A DNA stretch of 64,000 nucleotides from Eledone cirrhosa (taxonomy: Eukaryota), in NCBI GenBank assembly GCA_964016885.1, contig OZ024743.1, positions 147,932,001 to 147,996,000 of the forward strand. Reading direction: 5' to 3'. Positions 1 through 13,529 of this stretch are shown in pieces; position 1 is the first letter of the stretch; each line of letters opens with the position of its first letter. Made by a program: the position numbers and the translations under genes. The notes under the pieces are model-generated. The model did no database searches, was not told the DNA's origin, and saw nothing but the letters and a program-made list of their open reading frames with translations.

Positions 1-723
1 GTTTAGCTTCCAGTAGCTGGGTCATCGTCTATGAAGCCTATCTAAGTCAAGCACACAGATCACGAATTTGTGGTCTGTGTAGCTGACTATCTTGAATTGT
101 GGACAGCCTATGCTAGACCTATCTATTTCCCTACAAAATACTCTATCTAGATATGATCTGGATGACCCTATGCGATTTGTTCAAGTCCACATTGGCACAT
201 TCGGGAAATCCAATCGGTACCTGTCAGACAGTTCAAAACGCTTGAGCAGGTTGGTGAGGCTCTTGCACCCTCCTCCCCTATCCGCTAATCCCACACAGTC
301 CCAGCGTGCATTTAAGATCCCGTTCCAGTAGCCCACTAACACTAAAGAGCGGGACGTTCCAAGAAAGGTCTCCAGACGCCGGAAGAAATCAGGCCGCCCT
401 GCTCCTGTCGGGGCATAGACGGCCACTAGCCTGAAAGCTTTCCCGTCTCCGCTGGTCACGTCCAGCACCACCAACTTACCCTCTGGGTCCAGGAAGATGG
501 CCCGTATGGCGAGATCCAAAACTCTCCGAAAAAGCACAGCAGCTCCACCCCCCGATCCAGGACGGCTGGGGGATGCGTACACATCGTAGCCGCCGTGCTT
601 CGGAGATTCTGGTCTCGCTGATGGCCACTACATATATGTTAATGACCTGAGGTCGTTGAGCAGGTGCTTCCATGACGACCCCAAGCCACGCGCATTTATG
701 CTGCCCATTCTGAGTGAGGTCAT
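1..723 (-). pseudogene. L1/Tx1-type LINE ORF2, APE endonuclease domain (frameshifted, runs off window)
   Basis: ATG at 723 gives MTSLRMGSINARGLG; then VVAISETRISE, LVAVYAP, LVLVGYWNGIL, SYLDRVF and YTDHKFV motifs of exonuclease/endonuclease/phosphatase domains; frameshifts and a stop. Confidence 0.9.
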
Positions 724-769
724 GTTGAAATGGAGTGGTAAAGATGGGAAAGACCACTTACCTTACTTC

Positions 770-2320
770 TCATAGAGGAAAGATGGTTTCTCCATCCTTT
801 TCACTGCTTCTGGCCTCCTCCGGAAGGATGTCCTTATAAATCCTCCTGGAGAGTGCTTGTCGGAAGTCTCCGATGTCTTTGGGGAATTTTTGTTTTAGTG
901 TCGTGTACGTTTTCTGTGTGATGCGAGTGATTTGTATGTGTGGAGGTGGTGTGAAATTTTGGGTTGTTGTGTAGTCTTTTTCTGTGATGCTGGTGTTGTG
1001 TTGGATGTAGTGTAATAATTGGTAGTTGTTCAAATTTATTGCTGTGTAGTGTGTATCGTTTTGGTTCTTTTGTTTTGTTTGCGTTTGTTGTGGTTTTGTT
1101 TCTGTTTCGCTTTTTAATTACTTTTGTGGTGTTGGTGATGGTGGTGTTGGGGTTAATGATGGTGATGGTGTTGGTGTTCGTGGTGATGGGGTTGGTGATG
1201 CTGGTGTGGATGGTGGCATTGCTGTCCTAACTTTTTTGTTTGATAGTTTATTTGTTTCCCTCTGTATTTTGTTATTGTAGGCGGAAGGAAGGGGATTTTT
1301 TCTTTTTTGGTTTCTTTTTCTTTTTTTTCGCTTTTTCTGATACCGTTTCCCACTCCTCGTCGTCACAATCTGTCTCCAGATGCGATAGGTCGGGAAGTGG
1401 AAAATCCTCCACAGGCGTTGGTTTTGGTTGTGGCGTGATGGATGGTGTAGGCGCTGGTGCTAGTTCTGGCCCTTTGGGTGGTGGTAGCGTTGGTTTTGCT
1501 ACTGTTGCTGGGGTTGTTGCTGTTACAGTTGCTTCTGTTGTTGCTGCTACCGTTGTTGCTGCCATTTCTGCTGCTGGTGGTGTTAATTGTTGAGTGACTG
1601 GGGTGGGTAAGAGAGGTGGCCTCAACCTTTTAGCCTGAGGGCAGAAAGCCCTTAGGTGGGTTCCTTCACCACAAACGCCACACCTAGGCCTTCTGCCCTC
1701 GACGATTACGGTGAGGTGGCTGCTGTCAACGAGGTCTATTACCTCTGGGATCTCCTCAATGCTTTTTTGGTCCACTTGGATCAGGAGCTCCATCCCAGAT
1801 CCGGACCAGTTCTCCTGCTTTTCTTTCGCTATTTCGATTATCTTGGTGTTGGCTTCGATGCCGGCGAGGACCGCAGCCATTAGCCAGGGAATTTCGATGG
1901 CCGGTGGAACGTGGGTCACCCTGATCTCCACGAGTCTCTAGCTACAATAGCTTGGGACGAGTGTGAAGTTGTGTCACTTCTTAATGGGGCCATGGAGTGT
2001 TCTCTGGCCTCCTGTGGCGTTTCAAAGAACACGTCCACGGTTCCATATTTCTGCCCACGTCTGATGTGGGTTTTTTTTGCCCACACATGTCCCAATCATT
2101 TTTGGATTTGGGACTCGGATGCCCGTTCCACTCGGCGCAATTTTATGTTAATCGTCCGATAAGACAGTGCATAGGCGCCGATGCTTCATTTTATTAGGTG
2201 GGGGATGGGCTGGGGCTGATCCTGTACCCATCTTTCTTTAACATTTTTTTGGCTTCTTCTAACTCCTCCTGAGTTACCTGGAATGCTTCGCACTTTTTGG
2301 GGGTTTCTTATTCTCATTGT
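770..2320 (-). pseudogene. L1/Tx1-type LINE ORF1 (gag-like, CCHC zinc knuckle), disrupted
   Basis: VEGRRPRCGVCGEGTHLRAFCP knuckle in ORF 1272..1931, followed by a Pro/Thr-rich and Lys-rich region (EEWETVSEKAKKKK); lies directly upstream of ORF2. 5' boundary approximate. Confidence 0.8.
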
Positions 2321-2644
2321 TGCTGTTGTTGTTATCGTTATTTTTGTTATTGTGCTACATCAACACCTTCACTAGAGTACTACTATCACATCACTACCAC
2401 CACCACTGCATCATCATCGCTACCGCCGCTATTCTCTCACCACCTCCTGTTATGAGAGAGGGATGGTAATAGTCCCACTAAACATGAATAGAAGCGAGGA
2501 AGGTATCAACAAATATAAATAGACTGATTTGATGACCCGGTCAACAGCAACAACAACAACACCATTATTGCTGTTGTACCTCTAAACGCTCTCGAAATGT
2601 TTAGTTTAAACGATGTCAAATCTAAACTATAATATAATAATAAT

Positions 2645-2720
2645 GATTGTTTCTGCTTTTTTAGCGCAATGCCAGCAATTGCCCAGTGCATTGCTGGTAG
2701 TTTGTTTTATCGACCCCGTA
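2645..2720 (-). mobile_element. 5'-truncated copy of the tRNA-derived SINE (family 1)
   Basis: Matches the 3' part of the SINE (ttttatcgaccccgta, gccagcaattgcccagtgcatt); flanked by repeated tataatataataataat. Confidence 0.75.
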
Positions 2721-2999
2721 TAATATAATAATAATAATGATAAGCAACAAGTCGAAACAAATTTCAAATGTTTTTAACGCAACAATCCCTACTTCCCACG
2801 AAGCTAAAATCAAAACAGCACTGCAGCAACAACAACACTAGTAACCGATGCTACTGGCCTTGAAAAACGAAAAACGTAAAGGAAAAAAAAACAAAAAAAA
2901 AACAAACAAAAAACTAAGTGAGACATTCAAACATTACAATGAAACTTATGTTTATTTTTTTAAGTTTTTATCTATTTATTTGTTTATTTATTTATGTTC

Positions 3000-4370
3000 G
3001 TCTACAGCGTGATAGTGCCACCCTAAAATCACCGGGGTTGATCAAATCACTGGGCGTGATGAAATCATCGGTGGTTATGTAACCATACTTTCACCAATCG
3101 TCGATATAAGTGTTTAAATGTCGAACCTAAACAGTTCGAATAACGGTGAAGAAAGAGACTGAAATGTTATGTGACAGACTCTCACCCAACAGGTGGTCCC
3201 TGGCCCAGCAGCAGGGACCTGGCTGTCATCCAAATACTGCTGGTGTTGGAGGCAGAAGAAGAAGGAAAGCGACCCGAACCAACTGGACGAAAGAATTGAA
3301 TAGAACTGTTATGCAATGTTACCTGAAGAGTAAACCCAAGGAAAAAGGCTATAGGAAACGGATGCATAACATCTGGAACGAGATTGGTCTATTTAAATTA
3401 GATGAACAAAAATTGGCCGGGAGGGCTCGGGTAATAAGAACTAATGGATGGATAAGCGAGCTGGAACTGGAGAAACTGAGCAGAGAGATTAGGTTGGAAA
3501 TGGAGAGTGGAGTATGCCAGGCAAACGAGCCAGTGGGAAATGAAGGTGAAGAGGTTGAGAGAACGGAGGAAGCATCCGAAGCAGACAATGACCTGAATGC
3601 TGAAATAAATAATACCTGGGACAAAGATACGGCCATTGAGGAAATGAATGCTGACGGGATAGGACAAGATTTGGTTGATATCCTAAACTTAGTGGTAGAT
3701 GAAATGAACAATGATAATGGGAAACCTATGAACCTAAGATTTGTAGACAGGAAAAAGTTAAAAGAAACAACAGCTAAGGTAAACAAAGTCATCCCATACC
3801 TTGAGGCAAGGAACCTTCACCAATGCAACAATATCCTCAAAGCAACAGCAAATGCGGTGATTTAATTACTTGGCATAAAAACGAGAAGAAACAACAAACA
3901 GGAAAGATCAGAACCTTGGTGGAAGAAACGACTGAATGATCAAATCAAGGAAATGAGAAATGACATTAGAAAGCTTGCGTTCCTACTGAATGGGACATTA
4001 CAAAACATAGACACTAAAGATAGATTGGAAATAAAGTACAAAAGTAGGGGAAAAAACTAAATATTATCATAGAGGAACTGAAGCAACGCATTGTAGCAAG
4101 AAGTGCAAAGATTAGGCGATCTGAGAGCAGTGTCAGTCAGTATAGACAGAACCGCATGTTTGACAACAACCATAAGATGTTGTTTGGACAGCTTGAAGGG
4201 AAGGAAAGAGGCTACGACTTGATCCCTGAGGCGGAACAGACTAAGACATTATGAAGAGGAATATAGGAGCAAGATGTTGAACATAATAGTCAGGCAGTTT
4301 GGATTGAGACATTTCAAAAGGAGATTAGTGAATAAGCACACCAACAACCTGATTTGAGTATCACCACCAG
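3000..4370 (+). mobile_element. R4/Dong-like non-LTR retrotransposon, N-terminal fragment without RT
   Basis: ORF 3146..3865 has RTNWTKELNRTVMQCY...GYRKRMHNIW...DEQKLAGRARVI; continues through stops as EPWWKKRL...IEELKQRI...QYRQNRMF, the typical pre-RT region of the R4 clade. Confidence 0.75.
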
Positions 4371-4398
4371 TAATTCACTGAATCACCTACACTACATA

Positions 4399-4520
4399 CC
4401 GTATTTACCGCCGTAGAAGACGCTACTTTTTAACTAAAAGAAATCTCAAAATTCTACCATGCGTGCTGGATGCCGAAGGTTTTTTTCTGATATTTTTTTC
4501 AGAATTTTGTTGTAAAATTA
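4399..4520 (+). mobile_element. Left-end fragment of a pogo/Tc2-like DNA transposon
   Basis: TA followed by CCGTATTTACCGCCGTAGAAGACGC resembles a pogo-group TIR; a similar inverted end (gccggcaaatacgg-TA) occurs near 22928-22942. Confidence 0.5.
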
Positions 4521-4609
<89 letters not shown>

Positions 4610-5856
4610 AAGATAGATACAGACATTATACAAGATACAATATATGTATTTTCATATGTATGGTTGGTGTATTTCATTTCGTTATTCTCAACACTTCCTT
4701 GATATTAAGTGTATATAAACATATTTATATGCCTGAGTATATGTGTATGTTCGTGCGTGCATGTGTGTATGTATGTGTGCACGTGCGTATAAATTGATAG
4801 AAGTATAATTGGATATATTACCCTACCAACATAGCAACCGACATCGTAGCCGTACACGAGACACCATTCATCCACCGAACCCATCACACAGACATATACA
4901 GACACTACCCATTGAATATACATAATAATTAGTGAAATCCATACTCATATATTCGGCTTTCTCAAATCTTCTATAAAACCATCTATCATCATCATACGAG
5001 ATAAAATATTTATACCATAAGCACACATTTAGATAAATAGAGATAGATACACAAACACCTACTCAAACATAAAAATAATACACTCATTTACACACGAACA
5101 CAAACAACCGCAGATACACATACACACACATACACACACATATACACACATATTTCTTAATTTAACAAAAACATTATCTAGCAAAGGAACTTTAGAGATC
5201 AATGTAAGACTAATTATATAGTTTTTAGTGTATTTTTGCTTTGAAAAATTAAGTGTTTCTGTGATCATTTTATCAGATATTTGTCTCTTTAGATGTTTAA
5301 TTTTTTTTTATCTTTGCTAGATCTTTAACCTTTAAGAATTCCGATGAATGTTGAGGCCTCAATCAACCATTGTTTATATGATAAATGTATGTTCATTTTT
5401 TGCTATGATTATCGGATGTGTTTCAGCAAGACAAACCTTCAGATTACATTGTCCTAGTTAACTGATTTGCAATCTATTCAATTTATATGAGATTAGTTGC
5501 TTTACGTCATATAATAATAAAATGCTTTTATTCTTTGATTGATTTCATTCATTAGAGTGCGGTTAAGCTGAGGTATCGCTTTCAACCTTTTTAGGTGATC
5601 ATATTGATCTCATACTTCTTATAGAATACAATTTATTTCATCACTCACTATTTATTGAATCACTAAATCAGGGTCATTAAGGGACTCAACATAAAATTAA
5701 CACCAGATTTAACCGGTGGAAATATAAGAATAGAAGCGTACACGGTACCATACACATATACATACACACATGCATATATGTATAGATACGAGTACATATA
5801 AACATGACTATATATGTATATATACACATAGGTGCACAAGCCTATGTATATGTGTG

Positions 5857-5946
<90 letters not shown>

Positions 5947-6661
5947 CATACATACACATATATACATATCGAACATATATGTTATGTTTGAAAGCATACA
6001 GTTCTATAACTGCTATAAATCAGTCAACATATCGATATGATCAACCCTCTGAAACGATGGTAAAACGATGAATAGGGTATGTAAAGTAACTTGCCTTTGT
6101 TATCATCGTTACAAAAACTATTATAAGGGGGACAATCGTGGATGTGCATTTCGAACTGAAATGGTTCTTCTGAGATACGAAATTCCAATACATATCTGTA
6201 CACAACTATGTCTGAAGCTAAATTGTAATTCTATTCTATTATAAGTTGAGCCAACTTATACAGCTGCATATGCAAATGAGATTAATCACCTCATTTACAC
6301 AAACGAGAAAACCATATATTCTCGCCTGTTTTCAAAGTCCAGCAGTTGCAAGAGTGGGAGAGATCATGCTGATAAGAACCAGTTTAATTTAGCCTGATTA
6401 AATTTTTTTTGGGGGCAAAATATGTGGTTTCCTATGTCACAGGCAGTGTACGCACTCTCTGAATTTGGGGATTTTTAGCTCCATTTGTCTCATTGAGCGA
6501 CAATACATAGAGCCACAGAACCATTATATTATATATTGATCTCCAGTCTAGTGAGGAGGAAAAGTGAAACCGAAGCAGCATAAAAATGATCAATAAAAAG
6601 GGCGTATGAACTCCTCAGAATCATGGGCCATCCACTCCAACTAGTATTAAATAGCCTCACA

Positions 6662-6845
6662 GTGGATTGGCAGTATCGGTAGAGGGTCGGATGCCGTGCT
6701 TTGAAGCATAGAGTTACCTCCCTGTATGATCTGAGTTCAAATCCCGCCGAGGTTAACTTTGCCTTTCATCCTTCCGGGGTCGATAGAATAAAGTACCAGT
6801 GATGCAATGTGTAATTGCTGGCCTTGTGCCAACAGTAGAAACAAT
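6662..6845 (+). mobile_element. tRNA-derived SINE (family 1) with 16-bp TSD
   Basis: A-box TGGCAGTATCGG and B-box GAGTTCAAATCC; TSD attaaatagcctcaca at 6646-6661 and 6844-6859. Confidence 0.92.
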
Positions 6846-6991
6846 TAAATAGCCTCACAAACACGCAATTGACCAAGACTTGTACGTATGGCTACCCTCC
6901 TGATATGACCAAAATAAAATCCAAACAGAAAACATGAACTTCAACAAGGGAGAGTTTTCTCCAACAGGTTTGAGTAGGCTCTCAGTTGGGT

Positions 6992-7057
<66 letters not shown>

Positions 7058-7132
7058 CATAAACGGAGAAAGTTAATAACGACACTCCGGCCAAATATAT
7101 ATATATATTTATATTTATATATATATATATAC

Positions 7133-7209
<77 letters not shown>

Positions 7210-7213
7210 TATA

Positions 7214-7250
<37 letters not shown>

Positions 7251-7266
7251 TAAAATAACAGATTAA

Positions 7267-7317
7267 AGTTTAAGCAAAGAATCGCTGCTTTCACCCTTAA
7301 CGGGATCTTCTGAAACT
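7267..7317 (-). ncRNA. Type I hammerhead-like motif (U4A variant) at PLE 3' end
   Basis: Minus strand: agttt CAGAAGA t-ccc-gttaa-ggg-t GAAA gca-gcgattctt-tgc TT aaact; helices I, II and III all pair. Confidence 0.65.
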
Positions 7318-7408
7318 AACAAAGTCAATCTGTAAACGCAGAACTGGATATTTCAAAAAACGTTGCAACCGGAGGAAGACAGGAAGACGAAACTTTAGTT
7401 CGTGGTAA

Positions 7409-7670
7409 CGTTCGCTGGCAAAGAACGGGAAAAAACGAATAATACGTCATTAATAGGAGCGGTGAAAAACAATTACGCGCAAAGACAAAACCACGTTTAT
7501 GGTATAAAAGAGGTCGTAGACTAATGTTCTCTTAGGTGGTGCATACAGACGTTCTCTGGCAATGAACGAAAAAACGAAGATAATAAGTCATATGTGGAGC
7601 GTGGAGAACAATAGCACGCAAAGAAAAAAACCACGTAAATGGTATAGCAGGAATCGTAGACTAAAATTCT
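7409..7670. repeat. Two diverged tandem copies (~140 bp period) in the PLE 3' region
   Basis: cgttc(g/t)ctggcaa..gaacg...aaaaccacgt..atggtata...tcgtagactaa occurs at about 7409 and 7550. Confidence 0.85.
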
Positions 7671-8246
7671 AACTAGGAGACCAAATGAATCTCCGCTACA
7701 GAGTTAAGAACAAAGTAAATAAATACAATACAGAAGTAATAGGAACAAATAAATACATACACGCAAACAGATACGTACATACACAAGCATACGCAAAACC
7801 TTACCATGGGTATACAAAACCACGCACATATAAATATGTGTGTGTGTGTATGCTTGTGTACAAATAAATAAATAATTATATAAACGTATATAAGTAAATA
7901 AATACGTAAATAACAAGCGCACACGCATACCTACATATAAATACACGAATGTTCGGAGACGTAAGTCAACTAAAAAAAGAAGTACACATATACACACACC
8001 CACCATACGTACGAACCTGCACACTCACGCGGACGCAAAACTCCCCTATACACATAGCCAAACCCTAAATACCAGAATATGTAAAAATTATACGCTATAA
8101 CAGTCAAATATACGTACGAGAAGGTATACATACGTTCACAAAACATACGGGTAATATATACTTACCTATGCAAATACGTAAAGGAATAAACAAAACATAT
8201 ACTTAGCTCCCACACCAAGACGTAAAATATCCACGTATAGATCGTG

Positions 8247-9521
8247 CTATCCGTTAGGGTATAACGTGGGGCTATAATACAGGAAAGTTTTGTGCAATTT
8301 ATGTTTACAAGCCGAAATTGCCTCAGATTTTTTGTTTAAGATGTGGTCTGTAGCGTAGAGTATTTCCAGGGCCTCAGCGGCGCAGAGGTCACATGGTCTT
8401 TTATTTCCGTTATACGATCTAGCCCTAGCTAGGATCTCCCAGTGTAACTTATATTGGGTGTGGTTGTCTTTTAGACTCCAGATATAAGCTGAAAGTGACG
8501 TCATATTCCTTCTTAGAGGGTAACGAAAAGAATGGGTATGCATGTAAAGACGCTGCTTGAAACCATTGGCGGTTAACCCTATGTAGGCCCTACGGGACGT
8601 GGGTGTTACAACCTTACATTTGTAGACAATGTTACTAGAGAGGCATTTCCCGGATAGGGGGCAATCAGCCCGATTCCTACAATTACAGTTAGTACTACCT
8701 ACAGGGTTGCACGTATTCCTACGGCTAGGTAGTTTAGCTAAATTTGAAGCTGTGATGTTATGTGCAAGGTTAGGAGTCGTAGAGTAAGAAATTTTAATAG
8801 TATTTCTATTAAAAATATTACTATATTTATGTGTAGGGGGAAAATGCTTCGTAATAAGGGAAAGAAAGATCTTAGCTAATGGTGTGGCCACCTCCATATT
8901 ATATGGTGGGTTAAACCAACAAATGCGACGGGATCTATTTCTTCTAGGTCTATTTTCGCACTCTGTATATGCTACCTTATCGACAAATCCACTTCGAGCA
9001 AGAGCTTCATTGTAATAAGTGGAATGGTCGTTGAAAATGCGCTCGTTGGTGGAAAGACGGGAAAGCCTCAACGAAACGTTTTTTACCAGGTTCTTGGTTA
9101 TGCTGGCAGGATGGTTGGAATGCTTACTTATGTAATTAAGCGTATCATTCGGCTTTCTATACGGGTAATACAACCCATTCAATAAATTGAGGGTAACGTC
9201 GAGGTAATTAACGACCGAGAAATTGGCCTCAACCTGTATAGAGAGGTTGAAGCCTTTAAAGAAGGCTGTGAGTTCTTTTCTGAACCTGTCGCAAGCACGA
9301 GGCCCGCACTTAGTCATGGTCAAAAGACCATCGTCACGGTACAAACCACCGCCCGCGTTGGGGAATTCGTCCTTGATAGAGAAAAGAAGGAAAAGGCCAA
9401 TAAGATCAGTAACCTCCGCAGAGTCACTGGCGCCCATTCTCACGTCGAATGGGGTACTATTGGATTTTTTAATCCAAATAGAGTCGTCGAAATTAATCGA
9501 GCCCTCTTTGGATTTTAGTCT
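8247..9521 (-). CDS. PLE reverse transcriptase (C-terminal half) plus GIY-YIG endonuclease; open but 5'-truncated
   Basis: FDVRMGASDSAE, GLYRDDGL, VNYLDVTL, WFNPPY, CNCRNRADC (CxCx5C), IVYKCKV...YIGLT..FKQRL..H; frame stays open upstream of 9443 to about 9521. Confidence 0.9.
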   Translation of the reverse strand, partial: RLKSKEGSINFDDSIWIKKSNSTPFDVRMGASDSAEVTDLIGLFLLFSIKDEFPNAGGGLYRDDGLLTMTKCGPRACDRFRKELTAFFKGFNLSIQVEANFSVVNYLDVTLNLLNGLYYPYRKPNDTLNYISKHSNHPASITKNLVKNVSLRLSRLSTNERIFNDHSTYYNEALARSGFVDKVAYTECENRPRRNRSRRICWFNPPYNMEVATPLAKIFLSLITKHFPPTHKYSNIFNRNTIKISYSTTPNLAHNITASNLAKLPSRRNTCNPVGSTNCNCRNRADCPLSGKCLSSNIVYKCKVVTPTSRRAYIGLTANGFKQRLYMHTHSFRYPLRRNMTSLSAYIWSLKDNHTQYKLHWEILARARSYNGNKRPCDLCAAEALEILYATDHILNKKSEAISACKHKLHKTFLYYSPTLYPNG

Positions 9522-9537
9522 TCAATTTTATTATTAT

Positions 9538-9634
<97 letters not shown>

Positions 9635-10233
9635 AAGAGAGAGAGAGATAGTGAGAGAGAAAGACAAAGAGAGAGAAAGAAAAGCTATAAGTAAGCGTGA
9701 TTTTTTTCTTTGTTTGTAAATTCAGTTATGAGATATAAAAATACATAATGGTGACAATAATAATAATAACGTCGACAATATAAGATTGATAATAAAAACG
9801 ATGATAACGAGGATTATGGTGGTGTTGCCAATGACAAAGATGATGGTAGTTGACGATGATTTGAAGAACTTTAAATATCCATGAGCTTTTCAAATGCTTG
9901 AATAGAACAATTGTTAGCAAATGAAAAAAAATTTAAACATAAATAAATAAATATTACTTTTTTTTTTGTTCAAATGTACAATTACACGGAAAAAATAGCA
10001 AACAAGAAAAATAATATTAAATACATTAAAATAAACTAAAACATCCGCAAGAACAATACTAAGAAGAGCAGAAGAAATAGAAAATCTCCTATGAACTTCC
10101 CATTAATGTTGAAATAAAGAATTCAAATTTTTCTTTGGATTCACTTTTAATACTTGATATCTTTTTACTATTTCATCAATTCTGGTAAGAGAAATATTAT
10201 GCTGAAAGTAAATAATTTCACACAGAGATGTTT

Positions 10234-10348
<115 letters not shown>

Positions 10349-10571
10349 CTTTCTCGTTTAAATGTGATCGGTTTTATTTATTTTTGTGGTGATATTTTGG
10401 AGGGTAGGATAGGAGGGATATGGATGGGGATTTGAGGATGGCAGGATGTATTTTCTAATATATAAGTATTTATGTATATCTGTGACTACTTTAATGCATA
10501 TAGATACATAAATACATTGGATACATTTATTCATACAGAAACACACATACACACAAACACACATATACAGA

Positions 10572-10653
<82 letters not shown>

Positions 10654-11268
10654 TACATACATATATATATATATTTATATATTTATATATATGTAGATAT
10701 ATCAAACATCCAAAATCGAGGGCCTTCGCAATCTTTTTGGAGGAAGCGCTTCCTGGTTGACCCCTACCTCATCCTATCTCTGGACATATTTGTCCATGTA
10801 TAGCTGTGTTATCGGGTCAGATCGTTGCTCCCAAGTTATATATGTATATATATATAAACACACATACACACGCACAGGGACACACACATGTATATATGAA
10901 TATATATATGTGTGTGTGTATATATATATTTACACATCACACACACACACACATATATGTGTGTTTATGTGCATACATTCATACACATCGAAATAAACAT
11001 TTAAAAAAATTCATTTCATACCATTTATAAATTTTTTCTTATGTTTGTTTTACTAAACTGTATTTTATTCTTTCCTACAACCAACTCCCCCATTCACCCA
11101 CTCCACCATCCTAAACATTTTTTAAAAACAAAATCAGAATTTTTCCTTTCAATGTTTATTTTTCTTTTCATATATCTTTCCATTCTTTTGTTTTTCAAAT
11201 ATATCGAGGAGGAAAAATTTCACAAATAAAAAGTAAACTCATAAAATAAGTGACTTCATGCCTTCAAT

Positions 11269-11315
<47 letters not shown>

Positions 11316-11452
11316 CTTCTTCTTCTTCTTCTTCTTCTTCTTCTTCTTCTTCTTCTTCTTCTTCTTCTTCTTCTTCTTCTTCTTCTTCTTCTTCTTCTTC
11401 TTCTTCTTCTTCTTCTTCTTCTTCTTCTTCTTCTTCTTCTTCTTCTTCTTCT
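11269..11452. repeat. Compound (TTG)n(TTC)n microsatellite
   Basis: Directly visible; explains the poly-E/Q/K/S/L/F ORFs. Confidence 0.98.
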
Positions 11453-12828
11453 TTATTTTTATTTTTATTAAATAAGTGCTGTGGAAGAAATAATGATTGT
11501 TGCATTTGTAAAATCTTTGAAATTTCAAATGACTTGCTACCGTCGTCAAGCATCAAAATTATGCTTACTTCAAGATAAATTTAAATTTCTTTAACGAGAA
11601 TGATGTAAAAAAGGGGGTAATAAAGAACATGAGAACATTATATAAACTTAAACCAAGCAAATAAACACATATCAAAAATATGAAATACAATAAATAAGGA
11701 AAGAATAGAAAAATGAAAAAATAAAATTAATGGAATGCTAAGGAAAGAAAACAGTACACGTTATGTGAAAATAATGATAAATTCGTGCGCACCGCTTTCT
11801 TTACTGTATAGAATAACCATGTTCTGCTCATTTTTCTTTCTATGTTAATATTTATGTACTGGCAGGTGTCATAGTGGGATTGTTAAGTTTCTGATGAGTT
11901 GATTTGGAGTATAGTTTCATTTCCCAGCGAATGTTATTCACACATGTTTATGTGACTTCTTACTAATATAAACACCACACCACTCGTTTTCTCTTCTTCT
12001 TAAATATAATGTCTTATTGTTAATTGAAAGAGATTAGCGTGTTTATTTTGTTGCTTGCTAAATAGAATAATTTTCAATATCAGTGCCATCTTCTACATCA
12101 TCATCTTTAATTAGGCAGCTTCTACATCGAGGGGTGGAAGAAAACTAATGCTCGTAGGGGAAATTTATTTTCATTCTAATTTAAAAACCAACAACTTCTC
12201 ACAAAATTCATTTCCAAATGATTTTATCATCATCATCATGGACATCATTAACATCATCATCATCATCGTCGTCATTTTCATCATCATTATCATCATCTTC
12301 ATCCTTATCGCTTTGATCAGCACCATCATCATCATCATCATCAATGTCATCATCACCTTAATTTTACGTCAAATTTCCAGTTAAATCCTTATTCAGAGGG
12401 CCAAGCTTTGTGCGTAAATCCCATATTTGGAACTAGACACCAACACTTTGTAACGCCAACACTTTGTAACTAGACGCCAACAGAGTATAGTGATTTAGTT
12501 CCATTCTGTAACTAGCACTAGAGAAATTATCTTGTCTTCTACAAAACTGACTGACGGATGACCGAGATGACTAAGGCATGGCCGAGAGAGAGCCACGCTA
12601 TGGGAATGAGAGAAGTGAGAAACAAACACAATTCGCGTTATAAAGCTATTTATTCTGTTTTGATAAGGGTTCGTATTCAGGGTCTCTTTGAAAAATTCAC
12701 ACTCATCATGAGATCCTTTTACGGTCGAATATCTTTCACATTTAGTCGCCTCTACAGCACACAGGGATACGATATATCAATTCCGGATATACACTGCTTT
12801 CAAAATAGAGAAGATGAGCATAACTATA

Positions 12829-13007
12829 CTTGTTTCTACTTTTGGCACAAGGCCAGCAATTATCTCAGTGCATTACTGGTACTTTATTTTATCGACCCTG
12901 TAAGGATGAAAGGCAAAGTTAACCTTGGCGGGATTTGAACTCAGACCATAAAGGGCCGTAACTCTTTGCTGCAAAGCATGGCGTCCGACCCTCTACCGAT
13001 ACTGCCA
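12829..13007 (-). mobile_element. SINE family 1 with 15-bp TSD
   Basis: Reverse complement of the SINE; TSD atgagcataactata at 12814-12828 and 13008-13022. Confidence 0.92.
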
Positions 13008-13529
13008 ATGAGCATAACTATAATGAGAGAAAGAAACTGATTGGACTGAGAGTGTGATAGGGAAATGAGTAATTGAATAGAGACAATGATAGACAACTAC
13101 AAGTTTGTTGATAGTAAAAAAGTTAGTATAGATCAACGTATGTGTGGGATGGTGGTGAAGAAGGAATAATATGGGAGACACAGAGATGAAAGAAAATGTA
13201 ATTTGCTTCTCATTATTCTCTGCCTGAAAAAAACCTACAAAGGAGATAGTTACAGGTTATTTATCTGTTCATTATTAATGCTAAAAAAACGTAATGTATA
13301 CACAATTGAGAAGACTGGAAACAGATTTTCCTTTTCGGCCAATACTTATAAACATTGTTAACGAGAGGCAGAAGATTGAAACCGGTGTGAGGGTATTTAC
13401 AAACCAGCGTCTATGTGTGTGCGCATTTATGTGTGTGTGTATTTATATATATGTACCAAATGAAGAGCAGACTTTTAAGACAAATTTGTGGACACGAGAG
13501 ATCCAAGATTGCCATAAATACTGGGAGTA

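Larger units (their letters stand above)
7245..9530 (-). mobile_element. 5'-truncated Penelope-like element (probably Hydra-type clade) between (TA)n/(TG)n tracts
   Basis: RT-GIY-YIG ORF, about 1 kb of 3' region with an internal tandem repeat, and a terminal hammerhead-like motif. Confidence 0.9.

Noticed and set aside
3027-3080. HDV-like ribozyme in the R4 5' region
   Set aside because: Only three imperfect 18-nt tandem repeats were seen; I could not build the nested double pseudoknot.
6662-6750. tRNA gene
   Set aside because: A/B boxes are present, but no cloverleaf is evident and the sequence is fused to a multi-copy body with TSDs, so it is a SINE head.
11239-11578. Poly-E/Q, poly-K/N and poly-S/C ORFs
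   Set aside because: A pure trinucleotide microsatellite is open in all frames.
12115-12155. SFYIEGWKKTNA resembling a tyrosine phosphatase segment
   Set aside because: Short match with no flanking YINA or IATQGP motifs and no other PTP exons seen.
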